NCBI GenBank assembly: GCA_012515515.1
Contig: JAAYYE010000010.1
Location: forward strand, 18,258 to 82,257
DNA length: 64,000 nucleotides
DNA from: Minisyncoccota bacterium
GTDB taxonomy: Bacteria > Patescibacteriota > Microgenomatia > UBA1400 > PJMF01
Reading direction: 5' to 3'
Shown here piece after piece: positions 18,625 through 28,190 of the stretch. The translations under genes and the position numbers were made by a program. Below the pieces are notes generated by a model. That model worked only from the letters and a program-made list of their open reading frames with translations. It did no database searches and had not been told where the DNA came from. Within the stretch, counting starts at the first letter, position 1, and every line of letters begins with the position of its first letter.

Positions 18625-19629
18625 ATGTCTAGAGCAAGAAAAAAAAGCACTGCTCGTTCTTATCGTCCTAAAAAAATGACTTTTAAAGAAGGCTTCTATA
18701 ATTTGTTTTCACCTGGGAAGAAAAACTACCATCGTCCACAACTTTTACATCCAGAATCATTAATGCTTTTGTCTTTTGTGGTGCTAGCTGTTTTTGCTCT
18801 ATTCAATGCGGTTCGTTTTTTTCCAAGCCTAGCTGATAAAATCCTTGGTTTTGCAACAAATATTGATGTGAATCAGGTCCTAGTTGCCACCAACGACAAG
18901 CGAACGAGTATGGGCTTGAGTCCTCTGCAAATCAATGAAAAACTTAATCAGGCTGCCCTAGCCAAAGCTCAACACATGTTTAGTGAGCAATACTGGGCTC
19001 ATAGTGCTCCAGACGGTACTCAGCCCTGGGTTTTCATTAAAAATGCTGGTTATGTGTATAAATATGCTGGTGAAAATTTAGCTAGAGATTTTGATACAAC
19101 TGATGAAATGGTAAAAGCTTGGATGAACTCGCCAACTCATAAAGAAAATATTATCAATCCAAATTTTACTGAAATTGGGCTAGCGGTGGTCAATGGCACC
19201 CTCAATGGATTTAGTACTACTTTAGTGGTTCAAATGTTTGGTGCTCCAGGAGCGGTTGAACTTAAGCAAACTGCAGAGGGAAGGGCAATTAATTTACCAG
19301 CTCCAGCTAACAACAATATTGGAGAATTGTCAGCGGGAAATTTACAAACTGATGTTGTTGAATCAGAATTGGCGGGTAGCGATAGTTTAGGCCTCGTTGA
19401 AGGTGAAAAATCAGCGAGTGGAAAAATTCTTTTTTCACCGATTTATTTAACTAAGACATTTTTCTTATTAATTGTGGTCTTAATCATTTTAACTTTAGTT
19501 TACGACAGTTTTGTTTCAAAAAATGCACGCTACGAACGAATTGTTGGTCAAAATTTTGCGCATATTATGCTATTTCTAACTGTTGGTTTTTTGTTAATTC
19601 TATTTCGAGGAGGAACGATTATTCCCTGA
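18625..19629 (+). CDS. CAP/SCP-domain membrane protein
   Basis: AALAKA.HM....YWAH, AGENLA, WMNSPTHKENI, EIGLAV; TM helices at both ends. Confidence 0.9.
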   Translation: MSRARKKSTARSYRPKKMTFKEGFYNLFSPGKKNYHRPQLLHPESLMLLSFVVLAVFALFNAVRFFPSLADKILGFATNIDVNQVLVATNDKRTSMGLSPLQINEKLNQAALAKAQHMFSEQYWAHSAPDGTQPWVFIKNAGYVYKYAGENLARDFDTTDEMVKAWMNSPTHKENIINPNFTEIGLAVVNGTLNGFSTTLVVQMFGAPGAVELKQTAEGRAINLPAPANNNIGELSAGNLQTDVVESELAGSDSLGLVEGEKSASGKILFSPIYLTKTFFLLIVVLIILTLVYDSFVSKNARYERIVGQNFAHIMLFLTVGFLLILFRGGTIIP

Positions 19630-19632
19630 GGT

Positions 19633-19890
19633 ATGCCGAAACTACTCAAAAAACACCGCCTAGCTTATCTAATTTTGTTTTTGTTTTTAGCGATTTTTGC
19701 TTATCTTTTTTCTCGTTTCTGGATTGATAAAATGTTACAAAGGTACTTAGCCTTAGCTATTGGGCTTGGGTATTTTTTTTGGGGTGTCCTTACTCATGTA
19801 AAAAGTAGTAAAATTACCAGTGAAATTATTTTTGAGTATTTGGCTATGTCGATGTTGGCAGTCTTATTATTAATCTTAATTACGCTTTAA
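19633..19890 (+). CDS. Small 3-TM hypothetical protein
   Basis: 85 aa, Y.FWG..H...I.FEY pattern; follows the CAP gene closely. Confidence 0.7.
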   Translation: MPKLLKKHRLAYLILFLFLAIFAYLFSRFWIDKMLQRYLALAIGLGYFFWGVLTHVKSSKITSEIIFEYLAMSMLAVLLLILITL

Positions 19891-19932
19891 GTTTTTTATG
19901 ATAAGATTTGAAATCAATAAAAAGAGGAGCAT

Positions 19933-20664
19933 ATGCAAGAAAAAAATATGAAGGGCATTATTCTAGCAGGAGGAAGTGGGACGCGTTTGTCGCCACTCAC
20001 GAAAGTTACCAGCAAGCAATTATTGCCCATTTATGATCTGCCAATGATTCACTTTCCTTTAGAAACATTAAGGCAGGCAGGGATTGTCGACATATTATTT
20101 ATTGTTGCTCCAGATCATGCTGGTGATTTTTTGAAATATTTGGGCAGTGGTAAGGATTTTAATTGCCATTTTTCCTACGAGATTCAGGATAAACCTCAGG
20201 GAATTGCTCAAGCTTTTCAGATTGGTAAAGATTTTATTGATGAAGACAATGTGGCCTTGATTTTAGGCGATAATTTATTTGAGGATGATTTTTCTCAATC
20301 AATTCAGAGTTTTAAAACTGGTGGGAGAATTTTTGCTAAAAAAGTTGCTGATCCAGAGAGGTTTGGCGTAGTAGAGTTTGACGAACAAAATCGAGCCATT
20401 TCCATCGAAGAAAAACCAAGCAATCCTAAGTCGAATTATTGTGTGACCGGGCTTTATATATATGACAACACAGTCGTTGAAAAAGTGAAAAATTTAGATT
20501 TTTCACCGAGAGGAGAATTAGAAATAACGGATTTAAATAATTTATATTTAAAAGAAGGCTCTTTAGATGTAGCTTTTGTTGAAGGTGCTTGGTTTGATAC
20601 TGGGACTTTTGAATCAATGTTTGAAGCCACCCAGCTTATTCGAGACAGGCGTTTAGCTAAATAA
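19933..20664 (+). CDS. rmlA: Glucose-1-phosphate thymidylyltransferase (short form)
   Basis: GIILAGGSGTRL.P, SKQLLPIYD, LILGDN, RFGV, EEKP, RGELEITD, WFDTGT. Confidence 0.93.
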   Translation: MQEKNMKGIILAGGSGTRLSPLTKVTSKQLLPIYDLPMIHFPLETLRQAGIVDILFIVAPDHAGDFLKYLGSGKDFNCHFSYEIQDKPQGIAQAFQIGKDFIDEDNVALILGDNLFEDDFSQSIQSFKTGGRIFAKKVADPERFGVVEFDEQNRAISIEEKPSNPKSNYCVTGLYIYDNTVVEKVKNLDFSPRGELEITDLNNLYLKEGSLDVAFVEGAWFDTGTFESMFEATQLIRDRRLAK

Positions 20665-20679
20665 ACTAACAAAGAAAAA

Positions 20680-21525
20680 ATGTCTTATCAAATAAATAAT
20701 AAAAATAAAAAAATTAGCTTGATCTTGTTTTTTTGTTTGGTGGTGGCATTAGCTATGGTGAGAGTTCATTTGGTTAGAGCAGATGAGTCAGCAGCTAAAA
20801 CAGATCTCATTTGGCAAAAAGAGAGATTAGAAGCAGAAATTACTCAAGCTCGCCAAGATTACAATCAAAGTTTAGAGGAATATCGAAACAAAGAAAGAGT
20901 TTATGATATTGCCTACGATCAATACGCTTCCCTAAAAACTTTGGCCACCTTAGAAGATTTAGTGGTTAAAACTAAAGCAGTTGCTGTCAGCAGAGATCAG
21001 GTTTTAATGAATTATTTCGAGTTATTAAAACTCAATCTTTTTGCCAGCGAAGGTGTTGAATTATCAGTGAAAAACCAATATTTAAACTTAATAGAAGACA
21101 AAATAGGATTGTTAAAAAAACATCATGAGCGTTTGCAAGAAAAAAATAGTCAAAGTGAAGTGCAAGAGAGCTTAGAAGATTTTGCTGAAATAAGTGATTT
21201 AGAAAAAATCAGCCAACAAGTGTTGGCTTTACTGGCTATTTCTCGTTTACAAAGAGTGTATGATTTAGCTATCCCACTTAAAAAAGATATTGACAGTTTT
21301 CGTGATCTTGAAGAGCTGAGTGCTTTGAGCGCGCTAGTCAGAGCTTCAGAAGAAACTGATAAAACGCTAGGTCAGGCTAAAAGTAATCTCAAGCTTTTGT
21401 GGGAAAAGGCAGAAAAAACTAATTCTCTAGAAACTATTTATCGCAATCTAACCACCGAGCTCAACCCAGTCTATATTAATTTATCTCAATCTTTAACTTA
21501 TTTAGGTGAATTATTGAAACTTTAA
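20680..21525 (+). CDS. Exported coiled-coil hypothetical protein
   Basis: Signal peptide ending VRA-DE; helical heptad pattern. Confidence 0.7.
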   Translation: MSYQINNKNKKISLILFFCLVVALAMVRVHLVRADESAAKTDLIWQKERLEAEITQARQDYNQSLEEYRNKERVYDIAYDQYASLKTLATLEDLVVKTKAVAVSRDQVLMNYFELLKLNLFASEGVELSVKNQYLNLIEDKIGLLKKHHERLQEKNSQSEVQESLEDFAEISDLEKISQQVLALLAISRLQRVYDLAIPLKKDIDSFRDLEELSALSALVRASEETDKTLGQAKSNLKLLWEKAEKTNSLETIYRNLTTELNPVYINLSQSLTYLGELLKL

Positions 21526-21533
21526 ATAAACTT

Positions 21534-21902
21534 ATGGCAAAAGACAATTTATTTATAAATAGCGATCAGACGGTTTTTGTTGATCAAGCTCCCCTGTGGC
21601 GAAAAACTTCACAGAATAAAATTGATTTAAAAAGTAATCTAACTAAAAACAAAAATTTAAAGCCTTTTTATTTTTTGATGGCAGGAACTTTTTTATTACT
21701 TGCTTTTTATATTATTATTTTTTATTTACCTAAAAGAGAAAAGCCAGTTGTTGTTGATGACCCTGAAGTAGTTGAAGAAATTTTAGAAGCTGATCCGCTT
21801 GAACAAAGAGTTGACCAACTACAAAAAGATTTGAAGAATGCTGATCCCACTCGTCAAACCTTAGCTTTTCCTAATATTAATTTCAAAATCCGTTTTCCTT
21901 AA
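21534..21902 (+). CDS. Hypothetical single-TM protein
   Basis: 122 aa with a central TM; part of the same operon. Confidence 0.65.
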   Translation: MAKDNLFINSDQTVFVDQAPLWRKTSQNKIDLKSNLTKNKNLKPFYFLMAGTFLLLAFYIIIFYLPKREKPVVVDDPEVVEEILEADPLEQRVDQLQKDLKNADPTRQTLAFPNINFKIRFP

Positions 21903-21923
21903 AATTTGTTACAATCTACTTAT

Positions 21924-22478
21924 ATGTTAATTGACCCAGCCAGCTATCGTCCAAGATTTACTAAAGCCATTGAATACGTGAAGCAAGAATTTAATTCCTT
22001 AAGAACCGGGCGTGCTTCGGCACACATTCTTGATTCAGTAAAGGTTGATGCCTATGGCAATCAAATGTCTATCACTGAATTAGCTAGTATTTCTGTTCCA
22101 GATTCACAGTTAATCATCATTAAACCCTGGGATAAAAGTCTCTTGTCTGTTATTGAAAAAGCAATTCGCGTGGCCCAGCTCAATCTAAACCCCATAGTTG
22201 ATCAAGAATTAATTAGAGTGCCGGTTCCTACTTTAACCACCGAGCGTCGTCATGAATTGGTCAAAATTTTGCATCAGCGGGCAGAGGATGGTCGGATCAT
22301 GATGAGGCAAATTAGGGCTGATCTTCGCAAAGAAATTGAGAAACAAGAGGGTGAGGCTGGAGTTAGCGAAGATGATATTAAGAAAAGTTTCAGTCAAATT
22401 GACGATCAAGTTAAAAGTTCTATTGAAGAAATTGAAAATCTAGTAGCCAAAAAAGAAGAAGAGTTGTTGAGTATTTAA
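21924..22478 (+). CDS. frr: Ribosome recycling factor
   Basis: LRTGRAS, YG, PWDKS, IEKAI, LT.ERR, SEDD, KEEEL. Start moved to the ATG at 21924 because an extended -10 overlaps the TTG at 21906. Confidence 0.95.
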   Translation: MLIDPASYRPRFTKAIEYVKQEFNSLRTGRASAHILDSVKVDAYGNQMSITELASISVPDSQLIIIKPWDKSLLSVIEKAIRVAQLNLNPIVDQELIRVPVPTLTTERRHELVKILHQRAEDGRIMMRQIRADLRKEIEKQEGEAGVSEDDIKKSFSQIDDQVKSSIEEIENLVAKKEEELLSI

Positions 22479-22480
22479 TC

Positions 22481-23647
22481 ATGTACGAAATTATTATTTT
22501 TGTCTTAATTTTATCTTTTTTAGTCACAATTCATGAATTGGGACACTATTTATTAGCCAGAAAAAACAAAATTATAATTAAGGAGTTCGGACTTGGTTAT
22601 CCACCTCGTTTACTTAAACTATTCACCTTTCAAGGCACTGTTTTTTCCCTAAATGCTATTCCCTTCGGCGGTTTTGTAAAATTAGATGGTGAAGATGGTC
22701 CAGAAGAAGGTGAACAGGAATTACTTGATCAAAAAAAGACAAAACCAGCCGCCAAGGACAAAAGCAAGGGTTGGGGGCCATTTTTTGAAAAATCAATGTC
22801 GGCTCGTTTGCAAACCTTAGCGGCAGGAGCTTTTTTTAATTTTATTTTTGGAATTTTAGTTTTTAGTCTGGTTTATATTATCACCGGTGTTCCTCAAGAG
22901 TTGGGCAATCAAGCGCGAATTTATGAATTAAGCGAAAACTCTCCAGCTAAAATGGCTGGTATGCTGCCAAACACCAATATCATTGCTCTGTACAGTGATC
23001 AAGATGAACAGTGGGTTCAAGTGAGTAGTGTTGCCCAGGTACAAGAATACGTAGCTCATCATTTAGGAGAGGACATTAAAGTAAAGGCAACTAATCCCTG
23101 TCACAACACTGTTTGTCCAGACGACTATCAAGAGTTTTCCGTTTATTTAAGACGAGAGACAGAAAGACCCGAGTCAGAGGGTGCCATTGGGGTGGTATTT
23201 ACAGATATGATTATTGAACAAGCTCCTTGGTATGTAGCACTCATAAAAGGGCCTTATTACGCTATTAAAGATGCTTTAGGCTTGAGTATTTCAATTTTAC
23301 AGGCTTTGGGCAAGCTAATTGTTGACTTAATTAAAGGACAATCTGTGTCGACGGATGTCGCTGGTCCAGTCGGTATTGTTCAACAAATTCAAACCCATGG
23401 TTATTTTGACGGAGGTTTCCTTAAAATTATTACTTTTGCGGCATTATTGTCAATTAATTTGGCCGTGATGAACATGTTGCCCATCCCAGCTTTAGATGGT
23501 GGCAGAGTCTTTTTTATTCTATTAGAAAAATTATTTCCTAAAGAAAAAATTGAAAAAATAGCTAATTGGGCAAACTATGTTGGGTTTTTTATTTTAATTT
23601 TATTAATGATTGTTGTTTCTGTTAATGATGTGTTGAGACTTTTTTAA
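22481..23647 (+). CDS. rseP: Site-2 protease (M50, RseP-like) with PDZ-like domain
   Basis: HELGH, IPFGGFV, AGPVGI, NMLPIPALDGG. Confidence 0.93.
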   Translation: MYEIIIFVLILSFLVTIHELGHYLLARKNKIIIKEFGLGYPPRLLKLFTFQGTVFSLNAIPFGGFVKLDGEDGPEEGEQELLDQKKTKPAAKDKSKGWGPFFEKSMSARLQTLAAGAFFNFIFGILVFSLVYIITGVPQELGNQARIYELSENSPAKMAGMLPNTNIIALYSDQDEQWVQVSSVAQVQEYVAHHLGEDIKVKATNPCHNTVCPDDYQEFSVYLRRETERPESEGAIGVVFTDMIIEQAPWYVALIKGPYYAIKDALGLSISILQALGKLIVDLIKGQSVSTDVAGPVGIVQQIQTHGYFDGGFLKIITFAALLSINLAVMNMLPIPALDGGRVFFILLEKLFPKEKIEKIANWANYVGFFILILLMIVVSVNDVLRLF

Positions 23648-23673
23648 TAGTAATTTTGTTATATAAAGATCTT

Positions 23674-23922
23674 ATGGCAAAAAAACGTAGCAAAGCAGAT
23701 AAAATTCGAGCTCGCGAGCGTTTGAAAAACGCTGTTAAGCCAGAAACAAAGCAAGAAAAATTGTTATCAAGCACACAAGCTCCGGAAAAATCAATAAACA
23801 GCAAAGCCTCTGACCTATTTCATGCTGAGCTGAAATATATTAAACAAGACTTAAGAAAAACTGGCTTAGTTACTCTAGTTGTTTTAGTAGTTTTAGCTTT
23901 AATAACTTTGCGCTATACTTAG
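23674..23922 (+). CDS. Small basic protein with C-terminal TM
   Basis: MAKKRSK start; YIK.DLRKT followed by a hydrophobic tail. Confidence 0.6.
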   Translation: MAKKRSKADKIRARERLKNAVKPETKQEKLLSSTQAPEKSINSKASDLFHAELKYIKQDLRKTGLVTLVVLVVLALITLRYT

Positions 23923-23956
23923 TTTTGTCAAATTCAAGAAAGGCAGTAGAACAAAT

Positions 23957-25144
23957 ATGTCTAAAAAAAATTTAATTATTTTATTATGTGTTTATTTAGC
24001 ATCTAGCTTTGTGTCTTTTTTCACTTTTTCCTATTTTTCTAAAAAAGCCACTGCAGGTAGCCAAGTAGCTCAAGAACAACAAGAATCATTACTGGCTGGC
24101 TTATTAAATATCGATCCCAATGAAGCCAAGGATCAAGCCTGTCCATTAAACGGCAAATATTACACATTAACAGAAAAAAATGCTTGGGAAACTCGACGAC
24201 CACTATTTGTCATGATCGAAAACTCTCCCGATGCCAGACCTCACTCAGGATTAAGTAGAGCTGACGTGATTTTTGAAGCGGTGGCTGAGGGTGGAGTGAC
24301 TCGTTTTGGTGCTCTTTATTATTGTGCAGCACAAAATGAAAACGTCATCATTGCTCCAGTGCGTAGTGCTCGTACTTATTTTGTAGACTGGGCTTCCGGC
24401 TTTAATTTACCATTATATGTACATGTCGGAGGAGCCAATGTGGCTGGTCCAAGCAATGCCTTAGGACAAATTGGCGATTATGGTTGGCGAGGGGAAAACG
24501 ACATGGATCAATTTTCCATTGGTTATCCAACTTTTGTCCGTAATTACAGTCGTGTTCCTGGTAAAGAAGTTGCTACCGAGCACACTATGCAATCTGATAC
24601 TGAAGCATTATGGGAAGTGGCAACTGAACGAGGTTGGACCAACTTAACACCAGCCAGGACAATTGGCTATCAAAAAGTTGCTGCTGCCCCATGGCAGGAT
24701 CATTACCAAGGCTGGACTTATGAAACAGAAATTCCAACGCCAGGTTTAGTGCAAAAAATCAGCTATGATTTTTGGTCTGGATATAATCAATTTTCTGTAG
24801 AATGGAACTACGACCAGGAGCTAGACGCTTATAAAAGAAGTACTGCTGGAGAAGAACAACGTGATTTAAATAATGATGAGGTGATGGCATCAAGCACCGT
24901 CATAGTTTTATTTGCCCAAGAAAAAGGCCCGATTAATGAGCTAAAACACATGCTTTATACCACCACTGGACGAGGCAAGGCCCTAATCTTTAAACATGGT
25001 CAAGACCCAATTGATGCCAATTGGAGCAAAGCTAGCAGAGAAGCGGAGTTAGAATTTACCGATGTTCGCGGTAAAGCAATTGAGCTAGCAAGAGGTCAAG
25101 TCTGGATCAGTGTTCTTGCCACTGGCAGCGAAGTTGTTTACTAA
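23957..25144 (+). CDS. DUF3048 (YerB-like) domain protein
   Basis: RPL.VMIENSPDARP.SGL..AD...E...EGGVTR, PVRSAR, HVGG. Confidence 0.88.
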   Translation: MSKKNLIILLCVYLASSFVSFFTFSYFSKKATAGSQVAQEQQESLLAGLLNIDPNEAKDQACPLNGKYYTLTEKNAWETRRPLFVMIENSPDARPHSGLSRADVIFEAVAEGGVTRFGALYYCAAQNENVIIAPVRSARTYFVDWASGFNLPLYVHVGGANVAGPSNALGQIGDYGWRGENDMDQFSIGYPTFVRNYSRVPGKEVATEHTMQSDTEALWEVATERGWTNLTPARTIGYQKVAAAPWQDHYQGWTYETEIPTPGLVQKISYDFWSGYNQFSVEWNYDQELDAYKRSTAGEEQRDLNNDEVMASSTVIVLFAQEKGPINELKHMLYTTTGRGKALIFKHGQDPIDANWSKASREAELEFTDVRGKAIELARGQVWISVLATGSEVVY

Positions 25145-25164
25145 AAAGATTTGTCTTTAATAAG

Positions 25165-25190
25165 AAGCCGGCGATAGCCGGCTTATTTTT
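25165..25190 (+). terminator. Rho-independent terminator
   Basis: AAGCCGGC-gata-GCCGGCTT followed by ATTTTT. Confidence 0.8.
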
Positions 25191-25287
25191 ACTAATTGTA
25201 GCGAATTTATCTCTTGTATTTTTGTTTTTAATCGCTTAAAATTGAGTAAATATTTGTTTCAAAATTAATCATTAACATAAGGGAAAT

Positions 25288-25887
25288 ATGTCTTGTCTCA
25301 ATGATTTATTAATTTCTAAGGTGAGAGTTAAAGTATTAGAATTATTCTTCAAAAACCCTGAAGAAATTTATTATGTTCGAGAAATTACTCGCCTTGTCAA
25401 AGAAGAAATTAACGCAGTCAGAAGAGAGCTAGAACGAATGTTAGAGTGTGGTTTGTTAAAAAGTGAACAAAGAGCTAATCGTTTATATTATTATTTAAAC
25501 AAAAACTATCTTTACTATCAAGAATTACAAAGAATTGTGGCCAAAAGCACTGGTTTAGGTAAAAAAATTCGTCGTTACCGCCGTAAACTTGGCACCTTAT
25601 CCTTTGTTGTTTTTTCTGGAACTTTTATTGCTCATCAAACTCCTCGCCCCGACGAACTAGATATTATTTTTGTTGGTGATGTGGTCTTGCCCGAATTAGA
25701 GCAATTAATCAAGGCTGAGCAGGTTGAGTTGGGAAGAGAAATCAACTACGCGGTCTTAAGTGCTGATGAATTTGAATTTCGCAAAACTCGTCGCGATCCT
25801 TTTGTAATGGAATTTCTTTACGCTGTGAGAGCGATGATTATTGGTGAAGAAAATGAATTTGTGCAGCGAAATTTACCAACTAATTAA
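25288..25887 (+). CDS. Winged-HTH plus nucleotidyltransferase-like protein
   Basis: SKVRVK.L, YVREITR...INAVRREL HTH; C-terminal SG.F....DELDI.FVG, REINY. Confidence 0.8.
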   Translation: MSCLNDLLISKVRVKVLELFFKNPEEIYYVREITRLVKEEINAVRRELERMLECGLLKSEQRANRLYYYLNKNYLYYQELQRIVAKSTGLGKKIRRYRRKLGTLSFVVFSGTFIAHQTPRPDELDIIFVGDVVLPELEQLIKAEQVELGREINYAVLSADEFEFRKTRRDPFVMEFLYAVRAMIIGEENEFVQRNLPTN

Positions 25888-25902
25888 TAGATTATTCACT
25901 CC

Positions 25903-27297
25903 ATGATAAAAAAAACAAAACCGAGCGCTCTAATATTACTCTTAGTATTGTTTTTAATTGGCGCTTACATCGCTTTTCCTAATCGTTTGACTGTAGATCA
26001 GAAATTATTTAACAAGCAGATTAAATTTGAAATTAATAAAAAGCCGATTGATTTTTATTTTTGGGGAAAACATATTTATAAAGATTTTCAATTAAAAAAA
26101 GGTTTGGACATTCAGGGTGGAATGCAGGTAGTTTTAAGAGCCAACATGGATGAGATTGTTCCTGAAAATCGAGATGCCGCTTTAGAATCAGCTCGAGAAA
26201 TTATTAGTCGCAGGGTTGATTTATATGGCATTAGTGAGCCGACCATTCAAGCAGCTCGTTTTGAAAATGATTATCGATTAATTGTGGAATTGCCCGGCGT
26301 CGATGATCCACAACAAGCTTTGGATTTGGTTGGAAAAACTGCTGAATTAGAGTTTCTCATCGAAAAAGAATTGACTGAAGAGGAAATAGCTGTTGCGACT
26401 CAATCAGCTGATTTTTTAAATACTTATTTTGTTGAAACAGGTTTGACTGGTCAGCAACTAAAACTTGCACAATTACAATTTGATCAACAAACTAACAAGC
26501 CGCTCATTGCCCTGGAGTTTAATGATCAGGGTCGTGATTTGTTTGCGGATATTACCAAAAATAATATTGACAAAGTTTTAGCAATTTTCATGGATGGATC
26601 GCCAGTGGTCATGCCCAGAATTTCTACTGCCATTTTAGATGGTCGTGCAGTGATGACGGGCGATTTTACAATTGATGAAGCCAAGAATTTAGCCATTCAA
26701 CTCAATGCAGGAGCTTTACCAGTTAGAATTGAAGTCTTAGAGCAAAAAAATATTGGTGCAAGTTTAGGTGATAATTCAGTGCAAAAAAGCATTAATGCTG
26801 GTTTGGTGGGTTTAGCCATGGTAATTTTGTTTATGATTCTGTATTACGGCTGGTTGGGTTTTATTTCATCCATCGCTTTAATTATTTATGCGACTTTAAC
26901 CATTGCTCTTTATAAAATTATTGGAGTGGTCTTAACAGTGCCTGGAATAGCTGGTTTGATTATTACGATTGGCATGGCACTTGATGCTAATATTCTGATT
27001 TTTGAAAGAATGAAAGAGGAACAGCGCGCAGGTAAATCATATGCAGAATCAATGGAACTGGGTTTTGGTCGAGCTTGGGATACGGTTAAGGATGCCAATT
27101 TGGCGTCAATTGTTACCGCTCTAGTTTTAATTAATCCGCTTAATTTATCTTTTTTAAACACTAGTGGTTTAGTTAAGGGCTTTGGCATTACTTTTTTACT
27201 GGGGAGTTTATTGAGCATGTTTACTGGTGTTACTGTGTCAAGAATTTTAGTGCGCCTTATTATGCCACTAGTTAAAGCTAAGGAATTTAAATCATGA
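25903..27297 (+). CDS. secD: Protein translocase subunit SecD
   Basis: GLDIQGG, RRVD..G.SEP, VELPG, AGALP, IGMALDANILIFER.KEE. Confidence 0.96.
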   Translation: MIKKTKPSALILLLVLFLIGAYIAFPNRLTVDQKLFNKQIKFEINKKPIDFYFWGKHIYKDFQLKKGLDIQGGMQVVLRANMDEIVPENRDAALESAREIISRRVDLYGISEPTIQAARFENDYRLIVELPGVDDPQQALDLVGKTAELEFLIEKELTEEEIAVATQSADFLNTYFVETGLTGQQLKLAQLQFDQQTNKPLIALEFNDQGRDLFADITKNNIDKVLAIFMDGSPVVMPRISTAILDGRAVMTGDFTIDEAKNLAIQLNAGALPVRIEVLEQKNIGASLGDNSVQKSINAGLVGLAMVILFMILYYGWLGFISSIALIIYATLTIALYKIIGVVLTVPGIAGLIITIGMALDANILIFERMKEEQRAGKSYAESMELGFGRAWDTVKDANLASIVTALVLINPLNLSFLNTSGLVKGFGITFLLGSLLSMFTGVTVSRILVRLIMPLVKAKEFKS

Positions 27298-28190
27298 ATC
27301 TAATGAAATATAAAAAATTATATTTTTTCATATCAGCGATTTTTTTAATTCCAGGATTAATTTCTCTAATGCTATATGGTTTAAAACCAGCGATTGATTT
27401 TGCTGGAGGTAGCTTATTAGAAATCAATCTTCTCAACAAAGAATCAAGCACTATTGAAGAACAAGAAGAATTAAAAAATGATTTGCAGCCAGTGTTTGCG
27501 GTTGATACGATCCAAACCAGTGGCCCCAACAGCGAAATTTTCCGAGGTAAAGAAATAAGCAATGAAGCAAAGGAACAAGCTTTAGCTATCATTGAAGAGC
27601 GGTATGGCGAAATCGAATTACTGCGTTTTGAAAGTATTGGTCCGGTTTTGGGCCAAGAATTATTAAAAAAAGCTATTAACGCTGTTTTAATAGTGGCAGG
27701 TGTAATTATTATCTATATATGGCAACAATTTCATGATTTAAAATACGGTATTTCTGCTGTTTTAGCGATGTTTCACGATACATTAATTTTACTGGGAATT
27801 TTTAGTTTATTGGGACACTTTTCTGGCGTCGAAGTTGATGTTTTATTTATCACCGCGGTCTTAACTTCTTTATCATTCTCCATTCATGACACCATTGTTG
27901 TTTATAATCGCATCCGCGAATTGAAAAAAACCCATCGACAATTATCTTTAACAGCAATTGCCAATTTAGCAGTTGGCAAAACCCTAAGTCGCTCAATCAA
28001 TGATTCCTTGACGATTATTATTATGTTGTTATCCTTGGTTTTACTTGGCGGTGAGAGTATTCGTTATTTTTCTTTAGCTCTCTTAATTGGAGCCATAACC
28101 GGCACTTATTCCAGTAGTTTTATTGCTGTGCCAATTCTACTTGTTTGGGAAGAAATTAGTAATAAACGTGCGCAAGCTAAAAGCAATTAA
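27294..28190 (+). CDS. secF: Protein translocase subunit SecF
   Basis: IDFAGG, IGP..G.EL, HD, DTIVVYNRIRE, GTYSS.FIA. Confidence 0.96.
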   Translation: MNLMKYKKLYFFISAIFLIPGLISLMLYGLKPAIDFAGGSLLEINLLNKESSTIEEQEELKNDLQPVFAVDTIQTSGPNSEIFRGKEISNEAKEQALAIIEERYGEIELLRFESIGPVLGQELLKKAINAVLIVAGVIIIYIWQQFHDLKYGISAVLAMFHDTLILLGIFSLLGHFSGVEVDVLFITAVLTSLSFSIHDTIVVYNRIRELKKTHRQLSLTAIANLAVGKTLSRSINDSLTIIIMLLSLVLLGGESIRYFSLALLIGAITGTYSSSFIAVPILLVWEEISNKRAQAKSN

